NCBI RefSeq assembly: GCF_036365525.1
Contig: NC_090412.1
Span: 23,578,459 to 23,642,458 of the forward strand
Length of the DNA stretch: 64,000 nt
Direction of reading: 5' to 3'
Origin: Heterodontus francisci
Taxonomy: Eukaryota
The translations under genes were made by a program, and so were the position numbers. This document shows, in pieces, positions 36,782 to 51,459 of the stretch. The stretch's first letter is position 1, and the number at the start of each line of letters is the position of its first letter. The notes under the pieces were generated by a model. The model saw nothing but the letters and a program-made list of their open reading frames with translations, was not told where the DNA came from and made no database searches.

Positions 36782-39700
36782 CATTTGGTTAAGTCAGTGA
36801 CCATATCACCTTATCAACTGAAATCCTCTCATTTTTTTCATTGAGTACCACCTGCCACCTCCAGACACTGTAGCAGATAATCACTGAGCATTACTTTAAT
36901 TATACAGGATAGAATTTCTGATAGCAGCACAGAGCAATAATCCATAAACATGTTAATGGGTGTGATATCTCTCGGGACATAAGTGAAGTTTAGCCGAATT
37001 TAGTAGAAGGTATGCGAGACAGAGATTGAGACAGCAGCAGCAAGCTGTTGAACATAAAGGCTTCTTCTTTATTCTGTTTTACTTTCACTTTAGCTTTGTG
37101 AGTATGTGTGTTCTACAGCAGCTTCTGGAGTACACACTGAACAATGCAATTGCAATTTCAAAACACTACAACGGGACAATGGGATGCACGTCAGAATTTG
37201 CTGGTTTATACTGGTGTGGCTACTTGAGGTCCACGTCACATGCATTACAAATACAAGTGAGTATGGTTGCATTTCGCAACCCTATTCCAATTAAGCAGCG
37301 ATGTAGCAGGGAGGGTGTATATCGTGGGATGGTAAGAAACTACGGAACTCCCATCTTAAACTGGGTTCTTTGAGGAGTTGGCTTCAATTGGTGGTCACAT
37401 TGTCCTGTTTGAGGTCAGCACTGACATGGTTTCTCTCCTGAACATTCCAAAATGGAAAATTCTAAAGAAATTCCAAATATTTGAGGTTCATGCATGAAGC
37501 TCTCTCTGTTTTGGATAAGCAGGGATTCAACACCATGAATTGCCAGGGACTGCACACCTTCAACACAAATATAAATTCTTGGACCTCCCTTCAAATTCAT
37601 ACTTTATCTGAAATCATCAAAAAAGGGTACGATGCCCTCAACACAACACTAATGTGCAACCCCATCTGAACACAAGGAATCGAGTTCCCTGCTAGACAAT
37701 ATTACAAAATTACAATATTACGTTTACAATCAATGTTTGATTGCAGGATTGGAAATGAAGAATTGAATGCTCAGCCGGTGATTTTTTATCTTAAATACCC
37801 TGTCCCGAAACTTTCTCCCCTCCTGGGCCAAAGCAGGAGGTTTCTTTCCACAGGCATCCGCTGTTCTCTGGTACTTCACCCTAGTGTCGACCACATAGGT
37901 TGTCATAACAGAGCCCATCCCTTTGTCCACACACATGCATTCTGCAGCAGGGATCACTGGATAACCTTCAGGAGCAGAAGCCCCTTGCTCACCTCCCTCC
38001 CTTTGCTATACGAGGAGGCCACCTAGTAACACCTGACTGCTTACTTGTGGGCTGGGGGGGGTGCCCTCCTAATTGGGTCAGCAGCACGGGCTGGCCTCAC
38101 TGGAAGCCCTTCCCTCTCCATAGACTCCCCTTCACCCCCTTGCTGGACATGGCCAATTGGCCCCAGCGAGCCCCGACCTCACTTAACCTGCCCTGAGGCT
38201 GGCGTCCATCGTGGCTCCTTTCGCTGGGTGTAGTCCCAGCAGTGGCCACTGGTCCCAGTGGCGCTAGTGGGCCTGAAGAGCTGCTGGCCCTCTGATTGGC
38301 CGGCAGCTCTTGGAGGTGGGACATCCTGCCTCAGAGGAATGGAAGCCATGACTGCAGGCAATTAATTGCCTGAGCCACGCAAAATAGCAGCGGAGGTGGG
38401 CTTGCCCTGGGGTTTCCAGCCAGTGGGCGGGGTCACCACCTCATCATTAAATTCTAGCCATGGTATAAACAGCCACAATGATGAAGAAAGTAATCTCAGT
38501 GCTTGAAACACTGAATTCATCCTATGCATCACTTTAGACCACCAGAAAACACGCCTCATGTCTGATTTGTCCTGTCAAAGTGAAGTTAACAGGCTAGACT
38601 TTATCTGGAACACCAGGATAGAGGGGCAAAGCACTGCCATATAGTCCATCCACGGAACTCCCAGTGGAAAAACTCCAAGTCGGGAGCTGAATGCAGGAAA
38701 ATCGAGCCCAATAGGATTGTTAAAAAAAAATACATCACAGAATCTAACTTAGAGCTAATTGTTGGAAAAACAGTTCCTTTGACATAACTGCTAATATAAA
38801 ATGAGAATTAGAAAACTCGAGAAGTTATAAACAGTTTGCTACATACTGTAAGGTACAGCCATGTGATATGCTAGGGGGATTAGTTAATTGAAACCAAACC
38901 CATGATAGGTTTGCTCAATTGGTGGAATACCGACCAGAAACAGTAGGCTGGCTTTGAACCACTAACAGGATCAGCAGCAATGATTGCTAATGGACCCCAG
39001 CAATATCCAAGCAGAAGAAGAGAGGATCATCGATGTTGTATTTGCAAATGGTTGAAATGTTATTTTAATAAACAGAAGTTAATTTCTAATTCCACTTCTT
39101 CTCTGATTTCGATCTCTCCATGCTTTGTTCCATTCTTGGGCGCGATGGTGGGCTAGCGAGTTGCGCCAAAGCCACACACACTATTTACCCAGCTAAGGAG
39201 GTAGGCAGATGCCCTGTGCACCCTACATCATAGACCCAGCTCTAGTAGGGAGGAGCCGTTCGCTGTTGAACAAACTGCTTGAGTGCTGCTGGGTCTGTCT
39301 CCATTGTTGACATCATTAGTGTGAGATGATGTGAGATGCCTTCAACAGGGAGTTCTTGACCGGGGCAGATATTGCATTATATAGAAGGCAATTGTCTATA
39401 TAGATAACACACCGTCCATGTTCTCCCCTGGACTGAGGGTGTCGTAAAGAAATATTCCAGAGTATTTTTCTGCTTCTTGACCCTGTTTTCTTTTCTCTGA
39501 TTTTCTTTGCCTTTCCCAGGATATTACAGGGCTATGAGATTGGGATGTGTAGGGGTCGGGTGGGGGGAGGGGGTGCATTTGGATGGGGATGAGGCAGAGA
39601 GAAGGGAACAAGTGTTTAGTCATAATGCTCCAGCTATCATGGAGTGGGGCAGCCTGATGGATCAGCTGATCTTTTCCAATTTGTACATACATATGTAATC

Positions 39701-40189
39701 TCGTTAGTTAATACACTCCCCATGCCAGGCATCCTATGTGAGTGGCATTGCTGGCACAGAGCTTTGACCCAGGAGCATGGACTGGGAACTGGCATTGAGA
39801 TTCATTGATGTGCAGGACATGCACCATTTTCCACGATACACCTCTGGGAGGCAATGCTTTGTGCTAGGAGTGTGCGATTGTTTCAGATAAAGGGGGTTAC
39901 AAAAGGAATCTGCTCCCCAGACCATTGCATGACTGACTGGGCAGGAAGGCAACCTGCTGCCATGTTTCTACCAATGCCTAGCTGTAACCATCTGACAGAG
40001 GGCACATATACAATGCTCATTACCTCCACAAGTAGCTTGATATAACTAATCATATTGCTGCTTCAATGGCTGGTGGTGGGGGGTTGGTGGAGGGTGGTGC
40101 GCGGGGGATCGAAATGTAACATTCCCAACCTCTGAAAGCTTCATTAACAGCAGAATGGCACTGTTTTGGCTTTGGAGCCTTGTTGATGC

Positions 40190-40445
40190 CATACAGGTGC
40201 ATGGGAACACCACCATCTGCAAGTTCCTCTCCAAGCCACACACCATCCTGACTTGGAACTATATCGCCATTCCTTCACTGTCACTGGGTCAAAATCCTGG
40301 ACCTCCCTCCCTAACAGCACTGTGGGTGTACTGACACTGCCAGGACTGCAGGCGGATCACCAGCACCTTCTCAACGGCAATTAGAGATGGGCAAATAAGT
40401 GCTGACCTTGTCAGTGACACTCACATCCCATGAATGAAAAAAAAA
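40190..40445 (+). mobile_element. Second LINE family 3' end
   Basis: CATGGGAACACCACCATCTGCAAGTTC...CACATCCCATGAATGAAAAA, matching 24460-24700 in reverse. Confidence 0.75.
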
Positions 40446-41689
40446 GATGGCGTAACACTGCCCAAATTGGACTAGCATTTTTCATTGAAGGGAGAGATAA
40501 CATCTGATAGGGTTAAATGACAGATGGTTAGTGTGACGACCAAGGTCTCTGGAGGGAAGCAACGAGTTCCTTTCGCTTTCATTATTCAAGTTCGGAAGGA
40601 TGTTCACTTGGTCCATTATCCGCAATCGCCGTGCTACATTGTGACGTGTTGCGACATGTTATTTCATACAGATTGGCTTGTCGATCCCTGAGGCTATCAT
40701 AATGATTTGATGTTTTTTTTAAGTTACTGCACAAATTTTTCTCCACTCGAGGAAGACGACATTTCTAAATGCAAGCACAAGATGACCTGGGCTGCAGGAC
40801 TTTTTACAGAGAACCTGCTCGCAGGGCGCTTGATGGAAGGTGCCATTCAAAGGAGAGAAGAGATAAACATTTCCGCCAGGTGCCTGACTGGCAATGGGTT
40901 CAACAAAATATCAAACCACTGGACAAATAAGTTCACCTGACAAGCAGACTGCAACTTAAACTAGTGGTCTTATCAGGAGGCAAAGGACTTCTGCACTTAC
41001 GCTGGAAACAGGGACCGAGCAAAGGGTTGGGTTAAGACCATGAGAGATCTTTCAATATACATGTAAAAGCTCCAGTTCTGAGAACACCTCACACTCTGCA
41101 AATTGCAATTATTAATCCTGTATCTCATGTTTTATTTTTGTAAAACAATTGCCACACGGTCAAACTTAAATCATACTATGACATCTATAATAACAGCACA
41201 CCTTTCTAAAAACAGAGAGAGAAAGCTCCCTCTATTGTTAACCTGATTAACATGCCTATGATATTCAACCATTAACCAACCCTCCTCCATGAATTAAACT
41301 GAGAGGAAGGACACAACTAGTCCCTAAAAGAATCTTGCAGATAGGGTTCGTTACCCACAGAGCAATAAGTTATAATTTCCACCTGCCACTGCCAGCTTCT
41401 CTTTGGTGTTTATTTATAGGATGGTTTATCTAACCTGGTGCAAATAGTTATATTGTTACTAGTGTCTGAGGGGCAGATTGGAATAATCCCTCACATCAAG
41501 GGGACGATTTAATTCCTGCCCTTTGCCTAGATACTGCAATCCCACGTGTCCTGAACGTTTCTCGTTGCTCTATGCTCTAGTTTTAGTAGAACAGAAGAGC
41601 CTATCAGAACCACCCGTGCTAAAATGTCTCTGGGCCAGGCAATCCTGAGGGTCAACCTCCAATCAGAACAACTGACTTGTGATCAATAT

Positions 41690-42420
41690 AGAGTCTTTAA
41701 TCTAGAAAATGCTTCAGAGCAGCATGATGAAAAAAAAAAGGAAGTTGAGCCCAAGTAAGAAGAGATTAGCAGTGGTGACCAAAAGTTGGCTAAGGAGGTA
41801 GATTTTAAGGACAGTCTTAAAGGAAAAGAGGCAGAGCAGTTTAGGAAAGGAATTCCTGAGAGTGGGACATAGATGGCTGAAGGCATTGCTGTCGATGGTG
41901 GGGTGCCAGCATGAGAGAGCTTGGGGGAAGAGGGAATTGTAGGCCTTTCAGGAGGTTACAGAGTTAGGGAGAGGCAAGGCTGGTGGGATTTAAACACAAG
42001 GGATGAAAAGAAACAAAACCCAAGAAGGAACATTTTTCACTTGCCGCATCGGAGTATTGAGAGCTGGCGTAAGACAGTGAGGCCAGGAGTAATGGGCAAG
42101 TGGGACTTAGTGTAGGATATAATATGGATAACTGAGATTTGGATCAGCTGAAAATTATGGAAGATGGAGTGTGGGAGACTGGCCGGGGATTATTGGAGTA
42201 ATCAAGTGTGGAAAAGATAAAAGATATGAATAAGGATTTCAGCAGCAGGCGGGCAGACACAGGGAAAGAGGCAACATTGTCAAGGAGCTGAAAGTACAGG
42301 TCATTGTCATGGGGGTTGATAGGGGTCAGAAGTTCATCTTATGGTCAAAATGGACATCGAGGTTGAGGACTTTGCAGTTCAACCCGAGAAAGAGACGAGG
42401 GAGTGGGTTGGAGAGAGTGA
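41690..42420 (-). mobile_element. L2 LINE fragment (degraded)
   Basis: Weakly homologous to 47030-48055 (GAGGTAG.TTTTAAGGA..GTCTTAAAGGA). Confidence 0.55.
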
Positions 42421-45104
42421 CAATTAAACTAATGAGTGTGTATGTGACTGCACCATGAAGAAACGAAAAAAAAAGCACCAAGACAAACCCTCCTCCAATA
42501 TTTTGTCAAGTTTTTGACCAGGAACTGGTAAAGGGATGAGGACAGCGTGTATGTTTTAAACTGAGAAACAAAGGGGAAGAGTTTGAAAACAGCAAAAGTG
42601 AAGACAAGGTAAATCAGAAAGTAGTAATCAGGTGGTGATGAGAGAGGGAAGACGGAGAAATAGTAAAACAAGAGGGAGAAATAGAGATAGTAAAAGGGGA
42701 GATAAAGAGAATTAAACAAAGATAATTACCTCATGACACTGGAGGCTGATGGTGGAATTTAAGTGCTGGCATGAGGCATGGTAATGATATTATCCCAGAA
42801 GACTTAGCACCTATTTGTCACCCATCCCTCATACTAATGAAATTGCTCAAAGTGTCCTTTTTCCTGTCCCAATGAACTGTCTTTTCTTGAATTAATTGAA
42901 TGCTCATATTTCATCTAGCACCTGTCTAATGGTATAATGCTGGAGGAGGCTCGGAAGTAGAGGTGGAAACTTTAACCCTTACAGTTCAATCAGCAATGAA
43001 TCATTCTGGAGACAGGTGCCAATTACCAGTATTAGATTAAGACTTTTTGAATGATAAATATATTCTTTAAGAGCATCAGTGATTTTTTTTTTTAAAGGGG
43101 GCATAACATTCTTGTGAGGCACCCTTTATTGCCCCACCATCTCCCCTTCATAATGGTGCTCTTGGGCCACATGCTTCCACCTCAGACAGGATGGCATGAG
43201 GCTGCCTACTCCTAGTCTGTACCAATGCCAGTCTTGGACAACTGCCAGGAGAAGCATGACAATGGCCTGTTGATTTTCACCTTTCCCATAGTCAGATGCC
43301 CAATTGTGACATCTTGGTGCTGCCAGCTGATTTTCAAGGCTAAAGTATGTCATGTATTGATCAGACGCTTGGCAAGCCCTCTTGGCCACTAGGTTCAAGA
43401 AGAGAATGCAAAATTTTAATTGTATATCCACTAGCCAGGCAAGTTAGGATGGAGATTGGAAGATTTGTTTTCCACGTGTAGAGCTTCCTACAATTTACCC
43501 TGATATTGTAACTCACCATCCTTTCTAGCATGAAAGTGAGATCTGTTGTCCTTGCTTTCTTCACCTGTGATCTTTGAGCTAAATTGTCAGATTAGTGCAA
43601 ATTAGATCCCAATTTGAAGGCAGTTTTGTGCATTGTACCTAACTTCATGTCCACCAGAATTCATTTTACTTAATGACTGACAAAATAACGAGCTTTTCCT
43701 ATATTGGGAGCAACATAAAACTTGATTGTTGAAAGGTGCAGCAACATGGGTTCATTAAACCATTGGCATGCTTAATGGGTTTGCCCAAAATTCCTCTGCT
43801 GGCTATTTTAGTGGAAGCTACAACCCGTTTACTTTAAACAGGCTAAAAGGGTGGCGAGAGGAATTTTGGATAAATGCTGGTATCTCTTTGGAGCTGTTGT
43901 ATGGAGACAGCAGGGGCAATTTTCGGACTTCCTTAAGGAAGCCTTGCTACGGGGAGAGCGTATTGGAAATTCCAGCGACTGCCACACACTGCGGAATTTT
44001 CGATTACATTCTCTCAGCCGGCATGATTTCCTGCTAGGAGACTGAGGTTCGATGATTTCCCCTCTATCATGCTATCACATCTGGAAAATGGTTGAAGTTT
44101 CAAAGAGACAATTCTAAAGTTAGTTTGATTCCTGGAAGCCTTTAACGGGTAATTTTAAGCCCATATTCTGTCCGGAGCTGCTGTTAGCTCTTTGTCCAAA
44201 GTTGTGCTGCCGCAGTTGGAGATGTTTCTTCCAGCAGGAGAGGTGAGCATCAGGATTCTGAGGTTCCCCTGCATTGTGAGACAGGCCTATTCCCTGGGGT
44301 AAGAGCAGGCAACTTTAGCACACAGGGGAGATGGAGATAAGTGTGGTTTCCTGGGATTGCTTCCTCATCTTTACTCCTATAGCTTAGTGGCAAAAGAGAA
44401 ACATTGAACATGGCATCACCTGGAGGTGTAGATGGGATCTCTGATTGCAATAGGAAATATAATTTAAATGCTGTTCTGGTTTAATAATTGAGGTCTTAAC
44501 AAGATACAGATTGCTGTAAAAGAGGTTCCTGGCACAGATCTTTGTGTGATGTGAAGGCACATCGGGAATGGAAGCCTGGAGATCAGTGTGCCCAGCTTAA
44601 TTTCCCATCCATTCATTTTGGAAAATTCTACAGGATATGTGGCTTTCCACAGTTGAATCCCCAATACATGTCGCATCACCACAGAACTATATGCCAGACG
44701 CACAGATCCATCACATCCAATTTTCTAATCTTGTTTTAATCCTTCGTTCAACCTTGGGCCTATTTGATGTCTGAATAAAGTCAGGGATTGACCTGGGTGC
44801 CCCTGCAATATAATCGGGGAAATTTTCCCTCCTTTTAACTGGAAATATCACTTTAGGGTGAAATTAAAAACCCGCTTTTTTTCTTAAAAAAAAAAGCAAC
44901 TCTGCCAAAATGGAAATTGAAGAAAGAAGAAAAGTCAAAAGAGATTTGAGGCACTCGAAGATTGTTTAGATTTGGCCAGAATATAAATTAACATTAAATA
45001 AAGAACAAAATAAGATGGATGGGAGAGAGATATTAAAAGCAATAGCAAGAGCAGAATTACAACACTTAATTTTGGGTCTTTTTTTGTCGATTAGGATGAT
45101 AAGA

Positions 45105-45515
45105 AAGAAAGACCTTGCATTTGTGTAGCACCTCATATCGTCAGGATGTCCCAAAATGTTTCACAGCCAATTTTGTAGGTGTTATCACTGTTGTAATGTA
45201 AGAAATGCAGAAGCCAATTTGTTCACAGCAAGCTCCCAAAAAACGACAATGAAATAATGAGACATAACAATGTTACGCGAAGGATGAATGTGGGCTGGAA
45301 CACTGAAGAACATTCTGCCCCTTCTTTGAATTCTGCCATGGGATCTTTTACACACCTGAGGGAACGGACAGCACCTCGGCTGAAAGGTCAAAGCATGACA
45401 CCTCCCTCAATACCACAACAAAGTATCAGAGTGGATTATACGCTCAAGTCTTAGGAGTGACGTTTAAACCTGCAACCTCCTGACTCAGAGACAAGAGAAT
45501 TCCTGCTGATCCAAG
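45105..45515 (-). mobile_element. DeuSINE
   Basis: AAAGACCTTGCATTT...CAGGATGTCCCAAA...GGGATCTTTTAC...TGACTCAGAG, reverse copy. Confidence 0.75.
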
Positions 45516-46572
45516 GCTGGTATGGTAAAGAAACGAGCCCTAACACTGGAATGGGTCCATGCTATTTTTGCATCACAGTCCATGAGCTGAAAATTCTCAA
45601 AACTGGCCAGCCCGTGAAACAGGCAGTTTTCTCGGGCTTCATAATAGGTTAGAGGTTAAACGTAAGAAGAAAAAGAAATGCAAAACTGTACAGGCTAGAA
45701 CATCTCATGAAGATATTAGGAAACGCATATGTTCATACAACTTTGCCTCTGTGTAGTGTTTTGATGGAGGCACCGAGGAGTTCATTTTAAATATGTCATG
45801 TCACTGTTTAAGTAGTGAAGTGAGGAATGTTGTCAGAATCCGTATAGAGAAACAGGAATTTTAAGGCACTGTTTTAGGTTAGGTTTTTAAAATTTTTTTT
45901 TGCCAATTATGGGGCATTTGTTTGCCAGGCGTCTTCAGCACTAACTCAAGCGGGCAAACTCAGGTATCCTGCAAACTTAAATTACAAATTCCAATGTGCA
46001 CTGTTTCGACTTTGTATGTAACACAGGAGATACTCCTTGTTATGAGGGATTGGTGGGTGGGGCGAAGGAGGACAGAATTGAAATGGTAAAGACTGTCCAA
46101 TGTACCTTTCCACATCAACACTTCAGGCAAGGTAACGCATAGCAGAATACAAGCATCTGACATTGGGCTCATTTCTGGCTCAAGATGGTCTTTGTCCTAT
46201 GTTACCAAGCTTGAAGGTTGTGAGGTGAAGCTGCCACACAGACTGCAGAATTTTTCTGGTGTCTTTCGCTATGAAAAATTGAACTTTTACATTTCCTTAA
46301 GCGAAAGGATTGCAGTTCCACAGCTAAGAATAAATCAAGTGCTGGACTCTGGATGAAACTCCCAGGAAACCAAAAGCAACCCTTCCCCATTGTTAAGGCC
46401 AGTTAAAGCTTCCTACTTATTGTGATTTGTTTTCAGTGTTTTGGTCCCTCCTGTAGATAAGAATCTGAATCTAACTGGCAGCAGACAATTTGTTGTGAAA
46501 TTTCTGGACAAGATGCCCCTCCCTAGTTCACTGATGTAAACAGCAGCAGGTTTGGGACCAAGTCGAGATATA

Positions 46573-46675
46573 TTAGTAGCTGAGTTTCTTCACCACTTCC
46601 CAAGGGAATTCACTCCTGCCAAAATGGCCGTAGCAAGCTGTTTTTTGGTAGATTGCTTTCTTCAAGTTTAGGTCC
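46573..46675 (-). CDS. MAT1A: MAT1A exon 9 (terminal coding part)
   Basis: ttctag|G GAC...TAC TAA; (R)[33 protein letters not shown]; 103 bp; absent from the ORF track. Confidence 0.93.
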
Positions 46676-47027
46676 CTAGAAAAGGAAACATATTTTGTCT
46701 GATACAAAATCACAAAATCACAAAGGACAACACATAACATGCAGAGAGATGAGGGTGGTCATCTTGATTCAGCCACGCATTCCGATATTAAAACTCTCCC
46801 AACCAAGGCATTCAACTATTGCTTAAAGATTCCAGGCTTTTATTCTCCAATACTCTTTTTGGAAACCCATTCTGAGAGTTAATTACTTGTGTGCAGAAGA
46901 ATTTCCTGAGATCAGTGCTATTTGTCTTTAGCTTGTTTGACCCTGTGTCTTCTTTCTCCACTGTCGTGGTGTGGTTTTAAAGCAGTGTGCCAAATTTACC
47001 TGTTCCATACTGTATGTTACAACAACA

Positions 47028-48055
47028 ATTTATTATATAGTGCCTTTAATGTAATAAAGCGTCCCAAGGCATGCTTCACAGGAGCATTATAAAAAACAAT
47101 ATGGCACTGAGCCATGTAAGGAGATATTAGGTCAAATGATAAAAGCTTGGTCAAAGAGGTAGGTTTTAAGGAGCGTCTTAAAGGAGGAAAGCATGGTGGA
47201 GAGGCTGAGCGGTGTAGAGAGGATATTCCAGGGCTAGGGGCCTAGGCAACTGAAGGTGCAGCCACCAATCAGGAATTCACAAGAGGCCAGAATTTGAGGA
47301 GTGCAGATATCTTGGAGAGTTGTGGGTCTGGAGGAGATTACAGAGATAGGGAAGAGCGAGGCCATGGAGGGATTTGAAAGCAAGGATGAGAATTTTAAAA
47401 TCAAGACATTGCTTGACCAGGAGCCAATTTAGATCAGCGAGCACAGGAGTGATAGAGGAACGGGACATTATTTATTTAGAGATACAGCACTGAAACAGGC
47501 CCTTCACTCCACTGAGTCTGTGCCGACCATCAACCACCCATTTATACTAATCCTACATTAATCCCATATTCCTACCACATCCCTTCAATTCCCCTACCAC
47601 CGACCTACACTAGGGGCAATTTACAATGGCCAATTTACCTATCAACCTGCAAGTCTTTGGCTGTGGGAAGAAACCGGAGCACCCGGCGGAAACCCACGCG
47701 GTCACAGGGAGAACTTGCAAACTCCGCACAGGCAGTACCCAGAAACGAACCCGGGTCGCTGGAGCTATGAGGCTGCGGTGCTAACCACTGCGTGACTTGT
47801 TACAAGTTAAGACATGGGCAGTAGAGTTTTGGATGACCTGAAGTTACAGAGGGTCAAATGTGGGAGACCAGCCAGGAATGCATCAGAATAGTCAAGTCCA
47901 GAGGTAGCAAAAGCATGAGTAATGGTTTCAGCAGCAGATGAGCTGATACGGGGTGAAGTCGGGCGATGTTATGGAGGTGGAAATAGGCGGCCAAAGAGAT
48001 GGGGCGAATATGAGGTTGGAAGCTCATGTCGGGTGAAATGTGGCACCAAGGTTGC
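47028..48055 (-). mobile_element. L2 LINE 3' part with nested V-SINE
   Basis: ITPVLADLNWL.VKQ..DFKILIL.FKSLHGLA.PYL and AYFHL.NIARL motifs; (TTG)n-type tail. Confidence 0.85.
47467..47792 (-). mobile_element. HE1-like V-SINE
   Basis: Reverse complement of the 19614 copy; CpG-rich, relatively young. Confidence 0.88.
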
Positions 48056-50446
48056 CTTAAAAGATGATTTCTCATGAGCTTGCTCTATAATGTTACTTCT
48101 CATTATCTACTTTGAAAGGTTGAAAGGTCCAGTCTCTCCTTACATTTCAATCCTCTAACCTTTGGATTCAGCCTCAAGATTCTTTTTCACAGAACCCTAT
48201 CCAAGACTTGAATGACTGCCTTGTATCCTGTTAACTAGAAAATGACACAAGGCATAGCTTGACCAAAGTATCATATTGTTTGAGCCCGACTTCTTCTGAC
48301 TTGTGCTCATCGTTCTATTTGCTATGTTGGATTTTGGTGGGTATGAGCAAAATCCGGAACTTTGTGTGGTAATGATGCCACTGGGTATCTGTTCGAATTG
48401 GAAATGGTGGACCTGATGCCTGCTGGCGTTCATTGCTCTCACATGTTTGAGTAAACTCATTAATTAATCTTGTGCATTCTTATTCAGGGCTGTGAAGCGG
48501 CACTAGAAGTATTTCTGCCACATCTGCTTGCCCTGCCTGCTTCCCATTTGCATGGGGAGAGTGGATTGGCCAAATGTGGTTGTACTGTGAGACTATTACC
48601 TCATCCATGCCTACTCCTGACCAGAGCCTGCTGTCGGGCACTGGCTCAGCATGTCTATTGATCTGCACAGGAGTAGGACGTGTAGACATGAAAATGGAGT
48701 ATGCGCTGCACTTTGAGTAAAGGAACACTGGTGGACGGGGAGCAGCTCCAAGCAATTTCTCAGCCATAGAATCGATTGTTGACTCATTCACCAATCAGTG
48801 GAAATATTTTTTCCTGATTTACTTTATCAAAATCTCTCACAACCAGATTCTACCCTGTTTTGTTTTAACGGGGAAAAAGAAACACATTTCCACTAGTCTC
48901 TCCCACCAAGTATCATCCAAGAGAATTCCCTCCATGACATTGACATCTTCCTGAGGTAAAGCAACTGAAACGAGCCACATTATTCTAACAACAGCCTAAC
49001 TAATAATTTGTATTTGTTTAGCATTCAGTCTCAGTGTTCATAAAGTCAGGACCCGATATGCTTTGTTTTAAAAATAGCTTTATCCACCTTTCCTTCCACA
49101 TTTATAGTTTTGAACACTCAAGCATCCCTCTTTTAGAGTTTTGGCATTTAACATCTATGCTCTCCTCTTATTCCCCCTCCCAAAATGTTATTGCCTCACA
49201 TGTCTTTGATCTGAGATCTACCTGTGCAATCTGCGAACCTGTAAATGTCCGCAAGTCCACTTTCATGGTTAACTGTGCCCCAATTTATGTGCAGCCTGCA
49301 AATTTCCATCTTGCACCCCCCCACACACCCGAGTCCTGATCATTTCCATATATTGAGAAGGGCAGCAGTCCCAACACTGACCACTGGACGGAATGTAGCT
49401 CATATACAACCTAACAAAACTGCAGAGCATAGCTGCTTGGTATAGGGAGCCCCATTTGAAAAGAACTAAGGGAACGTACAATCCAGAGTACCAGAAGACA
49501 CCCGCCCAATGGGATTATTGTTAACTGGAATGGAATGAGGGCCATTCCTTTCTGGTGTATGAAGTTGCACATCTATCGATTTTTTTTTTCAAATCTGCAT
49601 TAGTTACTGACCCCTGCTCTGATGGGATTAAACTGTACTATAGAACTGATTCATGTAAAAGAAATTAGACAGCATCTGGGAGAGACAGCACTGTGGGGCA
49701 TGGATGGCCCATTCATACGGCAGGCCGACTTCCACATGGCAGGAGGCAACAGAGAAACAACCGAGAATTTGTACAGGAACAGCTATTTGAAAAAAAATTG
49801 AACTTATATTTCTAGTTGCTGGGCGTCTGACTGAGGGATGGGCTGCGGCCAGGGTAAGATGATGGAGGGTGTGTCCGATTGCATCAATTTATGTTTGCCA
49901 TAGGGCTGACAACCCTCCAGGAATTAAAGATTAATTGCCAGCACTGTGCACCAAGAAACCTGGGGGAAAATCATTGAGGCAGTAGAAGAATTGTATGCTT
50001 TTGTCTTTTTCTTCAAACAATTCCGCTTCTTAATGAGGAAAATATTGGAGATGGGGGAATGCTGCTGGACCGGGTAGGGCGGTTGGAGGAGGAGAATCAT
50101 GTGATGAAATCTCCAGGAATATGTCCAAGTAGAGTTGATGACACTGGTTTGCCAGCTAGCATGATGGTAGTTCTGCCATCTAACCTTAAACCCAACCTTA
50201 AACTGTAACCATTTCTCTGGGTGAATTCCTTTCTGAACTAGAGGGCCAATTTTACAAGTACAGGCTGCTGAAGGGATCTCATGCACAGGGAGTGGCAGGG
50301 AATGCTCAGGCTTTACTGTGCAATTATATCTGCGCTGCCTCACAACAGTGATCCGCCACCCAAAACACTGTGTGCACGGCTCAAGTGAATGTTCATCAGT
50401 CCTCACATTTTGCTCCCAGAACCAAACGCGACAACTTTAATTTTAC

Positions 50447-50580
50447 CTGACGATCATGCCGGGTCGAAGGTCAAAGTTCTTTCTCACAATTTCCATCAAT
50501 GCCCTGTCGCCCATTTGTGCGGTTCCATATGAGAAAATGGAGATGGAGAGTGGCTCAGCAACACCAATGGCATACGCAAC
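50447..50580 (-). CDS. MAT1A: MAT1A exon 8
   Basis: ttacag|GTT...AG|gtaaaa; [44 protein letters not shown](R); 134 bp. Confidence 0.95.
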
Positions 50581-51459
50581 CTGTAAATTTACAGCAATAG
50601 GTGTTTGCACAAAAAGTGGCTTCACTGAATAAAGCTGTTATATAACTTGGCTTAAAATCATCTTGTTGAAACAGGAGAATAATGTGACGGTCACAAGCAC
50701 AGGCTTTCGCAATCACTGAAAAGCACAAAAACACTCACAACCAACCATACTGACACTCACTGAAAACCACAAACACAAGAACACATTTACTCCCAACCAC
50801 ATATACACAAAGACACTGCCCCCTCCTCCCCCCCCGCAACCACACACAGATTCACACAATCACGGACAATTATACATACAGAAATATACCCACTCTACAT
50901 GAACACACCCAACCATGTTGGGGACAACATAAAGTTCTCCTGCCAAGTCACACCCCATCGCCGATGGATAACATGTGTATTGTCATTCCTTTATCGTCAC
51001 TGGGGCAAGAATCCTGGAATTTCCTACCTAACACCATCATGGGGGCACGAGCAGCACAAGGACATCAACAACTCAAGGAGAAGGCTCACCACTGCCTTCT
51101 CATAGCCTGCCCATAGGCTCTCAAAGGGCACTTTCTGACACAAAGACCCTATACACTTCATATATTATCGCTGCTCTGACTTAACAGACATTTTGAACGG
51201 GGAGTTATTATGAGTAGCAGCTTTGTTTACCCTTCATGCTCAATAGGTCCAATTTGTGCACTGAATTCCTTTCATCAGCTGAAAACCAAAGTCTTGAAAT
51301 GACTGTCCTCGATATTAATGCGTTGATTGTGCTGAATTACTATGTTAGCTTAGTGGAAGCTTTAATCCGTTCAGAGTAATGTCTTACAGATCCAGGAAGC
51401 ATCTCAAAGTCAGACATAGTCATTTCTGGACTGTAGTCTCCAAGCCGCTGAATCCTCAC

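Noticed and set aside
37842-37970. Good-looking plus-strand splice acceptor (TTTCTTTCCACAG|G)
   Set aside because: No compatible exon chain or recognisable protein was found.
43361-43564. Candidate last MAT exon or extra gene
   Set aside because: No similarity to MAT; the true last exon is at 46573-46675.
43000-46572. MAT2A-type 3' UTR hairpins with the METTL16 motif UACAGAGAA
   Set aside because: No such motif was seen by eye on the minus strand downstream of the stop codon, consistent with MAT1A. A motif scan would confirm.
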